NCBI GenBank assembly: GCA_009925805.1
Contig: RFQF01000001.1
Location: forward strand, 1 to 48,119
Length of the DNA stretch: 48,119 nucleotides
Direction of reading: 5' to 3'
Origin: Flavobacteriia bacterium
GTDB taxonomy: Bacteria; Bacteroidota; Bacteroidia; Flavobacteriales_D; Crocinitomicaceae
Part shown: piece by piece, positions 45,452-48,119 of the stretch
Layout: every line of letters starts with the position of its first letter
Numbering within the stretch: the stretch's first letter is position 1
The notes under the pieces: generated by a model
Databases searched by the model: none
What the model saw: only the letters and a program-made list of their open reading frames with translations
Told to the model about the DNA's origin: nothing
Position numbers and translations under genes: made by a program

Positions 45452-48119
45452 TTAACGCAATAGCCGAACGGACCCGGTGATTTGTTGCCAAGCGCTGGGA
45501 TATTCACATCCACGGTAACGAATTTTATAGGTATACACACCGTCCGGAGAATCCATGCCTTCAAATGTTCCATTCCAACCCTCGCTGAGTTGATCTGTGA
45601 TGAAGACCGTTTGACCCCAGCGGTTGTATATTTGAAAATCCCAATCGTAAATCTCAAAAGGACAAATGGGTAAGAAAAGGTCGTTTTTTCCATCCTCGTC
45701 CGGGATGAAGGTGTTTGGTACATATATGGCAAAAGGAAGCACCAAAAGCGTCTTACGGACAGAGTCCTTACATCCGAACGCATTGGTAACCACGAGCTGG
45801 GGGTAGTCAGTACCAACGATTGCATATTCATGAACAAAGTTCGGCGCTGTTTCCATACAACTGTTATGATCTACCACATACAAATACGTGCTCGCACCTA
45901 AGGACTCATTGGTGAAAGTGACTTTGTTTTCACAAACATTCACCTCTTGAGGATTAACACTGAACATGGCCGTTGGAGAAGGGTGCACATTGATGATATC
46001 CTGCTGCATTAGGTACAAGGTGTCCACACATCCAACAGCGGTCGTCAAGGTTAAGGACACACTGTAGTTACCCACTTGATAATACGTATGAAACCCATTG
46101 AACCCATTTGAGGTATTTCCATCGCCAAAATCCCAGTGGTATTGTGCGGGTCCATCCGAAGTTGATGTGTTAATGAAGGTGGCCGAATAAGGAACACATT
46201 GCAATCCCTGTATCATGGTGAAACCGATGGTGGGCTCTGCGTAAACATACACGTTGCTCCGAACAGAATCTATACAATTATCAAAACTGCCATAAAGGGT
46301 AATAGGTTGAATTCCTGGGTGCAGAAAAGTTACCCCGGCTACATCGATAAGTGTTGAATTTGCAGGATTTCCGTGGGGTCCGAAATCCCACCAAAAGGTG
46401 GCATTTGGAGGGCCACTTACCGTGGCATCAAAAGAATACAAACCGCCATTGATACAAAGCGAATCATTGTGGGTAAAGGAGAGCTGTAAAGGCTCATTGA
46501 GCGTTATGGAAAGCGTATCAGAATCATTGCAATTACTGCCCGAGGAAACGCTTAAGGTTACCGTGTAGGTGCCCGGGGAAGGGTAGGTGTAGGTGGGTGT
46601 AACGAGATCACTCGTGTCACTGGTATTGCCCAATACGCCGAAGTCCCAATGTGTGACCAAGGAGTTGGTTGAGGTGTTACCAAAGGGAACGGTAAGCCCA
46701 ATACAATTTAAATTTGCAGGCACCGAAGCGTGGGCAACAGGCACATCAAAAAGAAAGACAGAGTCCGTAAATGAGGTAACGCAAGCACCATCGTTACCGG
46801 TTATTGTAACAGGATGGAATCCTGCTGCATTGAAGGAAACATTGGACACATTTAACCCGGTCGCTGAAGCAATACTTGCACCGTTACCAAAAGACCAATT
46901 GTAGGTGCCTGTTCCGGGAGGTGCACTGCTGATTCCTATGAAATTAAAGGAATTACCTATAATGCATAAAGAATCATTGCTGTTCCACGAAACCGAAAAG
47001 GGGTTATTTACGGTTAAAGTCATGTAGGCGGTATCGGAGCAGGCTTGTCCTGGATTGACAATGAGTGAAGCCGTGTAGGTTCCGGGTGAAGGATAGGCAT
47101 ATGTGGGTTGAAAAGCCGAACTCACATCATTATTGATTCCTGGAACCCCGAAATCCCATGCGTAGGTGCTTCCTCCGTAGGAATTGTTCACAAAATTCAC
47201 AGTCAGCCCTTGACAATACGAAACAAAGGTAGGCAGTTGTTCTTGGGTTGGAAGCAAGGCTTGTAAAGTGATATTGCAATTAAAAATCCGGAATAAAAAA
47301 TCGCGCACCGTAGAACCGATAACCACCCCATTGCGGGTTTCGGTCACTTTTATCCCCACAACAAACAATCCCACATTTACAGGAATCACCTGCATGATCC
47401 CCGTATTTTGATTAATCGAGATCGTAGAGCCCGGGCCTAAGGGATTTGTAGCGTTGAATCCAGGGGCCCATGTTACGGGAGGGTAAGGAGGAGCAGGAGT
47501 TTGAGGAGGAACGGGTGTGATTGAACTGGCGCCCGCATTGGGAGTTACTAAGGAATAAGTGAGTACATCCCCGTCGGGATCGGTGGCACTCTGATTAATT
47601 ATTTTCGATTCCAAATTACACAACAAGATGGGCGGGTAGTTCGTAAATCGAGGCGAACTGTTTTGATATAAGGTGCCATTACCCATAGAAGTGCCTGGGA
47701 TATGGGTGGTCAGTGTAATCCCTGTATCATCAGGAGTAATAAGGTTGGTAACATTCGGCCCTCGACAGCAGCGCTGATAGGAAACATCATACCCTAGCGG
47801 ATTGGGAGCCAAAGTGACCACCACCGTATAAGTGGCTTTTTCGACGCAAATTCCACCGGGAGGCGTGGCGCAGGGGTTGTTAAAAACAACGGGAACAGGA
47901 GTGCTCCCAGGAAAAGGAATAGATACGTTTTGGAATAGCGTCCCATTCCCAAGATAGATTGCTAACTGCAACGGATTATCATAAGCTGCTCCGTTTGAGG
48001 CACAATCACGGTAGAGGGTAATAAAAAAACGGTACTGGTTGTTGCCTAAATAATCGTAGTAAATGTCGCCACCGATAATATGAGATGCCCTTGAGGAAAA
48101 TCCCAAAGAAGCGAAAAAC
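45452..48119 (-). CDS. Large PKD-repeat surface protein with a T9SS type B (CHU_C-like) C-terminal domain; the 5' end lies beyond the window edge
   Basis: More than 884 aa. Repeated WDFG/WSFGNG/WDFGDGN PKD units. C-terminus VPNTFIPDEDGKNDLFLP...WNG...PDGVYTYKIRYRG. The reading frame stays open to position 48119 (upstream codons FFAS). Confidence 0.8.
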   Translation of the reverse strand, partial: FFASLGFSSRASHIIGGDIYYDYLGNNQYRFFITLYRDCASNGAAYDNPLQLAIYLGNGTLFQNVSIPFPGSTPVPVVFNNPCATPPGGICVEKATYTVVVTLAPNPLGYDVSYQRCCRGPNVTNLITPDDTGITLTTHIPGTSMGNGTLYQNSSPRFTNYPPILLCNLESKIINQSATDPDGDVLTYSLVTPNAGASSITPVPPQTPAPPYPPVTWAPGFNATNPLGPGSTISINQNTGIMQVIPVNVGLFVVGIKVTETRNGVVIGSTVRDFLFRIFNCNITLQALLPTQEQLPTFVSYCQGLTVNFVNNSYGGSTYAWDFGVPGINNDVSSAFQPTYAYPSPGTYTASLIVNPGQACSDTAYMTLTVNNPFSVSWNSNDSLCIIGNSFNFIGISSAPPGTGTYNWSFGNGASIASATGLNVSNVSFNAAGFHPVTITGNDGACVTSFTDSVFLFDVPVAHASVPANLNCIGLTVPFGNTSTNSLVTHWDFGVLGNTSDTSDLVTPTYTYPSPGTYTVTLSVSSGSNCNDSDTLSITLNEPLQLSFTHNDSLCINGGLYSFDATVSGPPNATFWWDFGPHGNPANSTLIDVAGVTFLHPGIQPITLYGSFDNCIDSVRSNVYVYAEPTIGFTMIQGLQCVPYSATFINTSTSDGPAQYHWDFGDGNTSNGFNGFHTYYQVGNYSVSLTLTTAVGCVDTLYLMQQDIINVHPSPTAMFSVNPQEVNVCENKVTFTNESLGASTYLYVVDHNSCMETAPNFVHEYAIVGTDYPQLVVTNAFGCKDSVRKTLLVLPFAIYVPNTFIPDEDGKNDLFLPICPFEIYDWDFQIYNRWGQTVFITDQLSEGWNGTFEGMDSPDGVYTYKIRYRGCEYPSAWQQITGSVRLLR

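Overview
The window looks like a gene-dense chromosomal core region of a Bacteroidota genome, probably Flavobacteriia (Cryomorphaceae/Crocinitomicaceae-like). That placement rests on many TAnnTTTG promoter boxes, T9SS type A and type B (CHU_C-like) C-terminal sorting domains, and the gene content. I call about 44 protein-coding genes, most of them housekeeping: comF-like, dCMP deaminase, S41 protease, mutS, trmH-like, yicC-gmk-nadD, hutI, rsmA, rseP, pheS and ytxJ. There are also 3 tRNAs (Leu-UAA, Gly-GCC, Leu-CAA), four clean hairpin terminators and a set of promoter boxes. I found no CRISPR array, transposase, integrase, phage genes or recognisable defence system.

Four observations stand out:
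1. Three conserved housekeeping genes (rnr, tatC, lptB; the last two are adjacent) each appear to have lost an internal block of roughly 130-190 nt out of frame. These are not point frameshifts.
2. A tightly coupled TlpA thioredoxin / DUF6029-like beta-barrel / Omp28-like CxxC lipoprotein cluster is flanked by Cys-rich T9SS cargo genes.
3. An ECF sigma factor overlaps a membrane-anchored protein whose only recognisable domain is a T9SS type B sorting domain.
4. A start/stop-overlapping chain runs hutI > TraB/GumN > P-loop-less DUF4143-like protein > AddB-like nuclease, with no helicase partner.

All family assignments come from motifs I recognised by eye in the supplied translations. No database search or computation was run.
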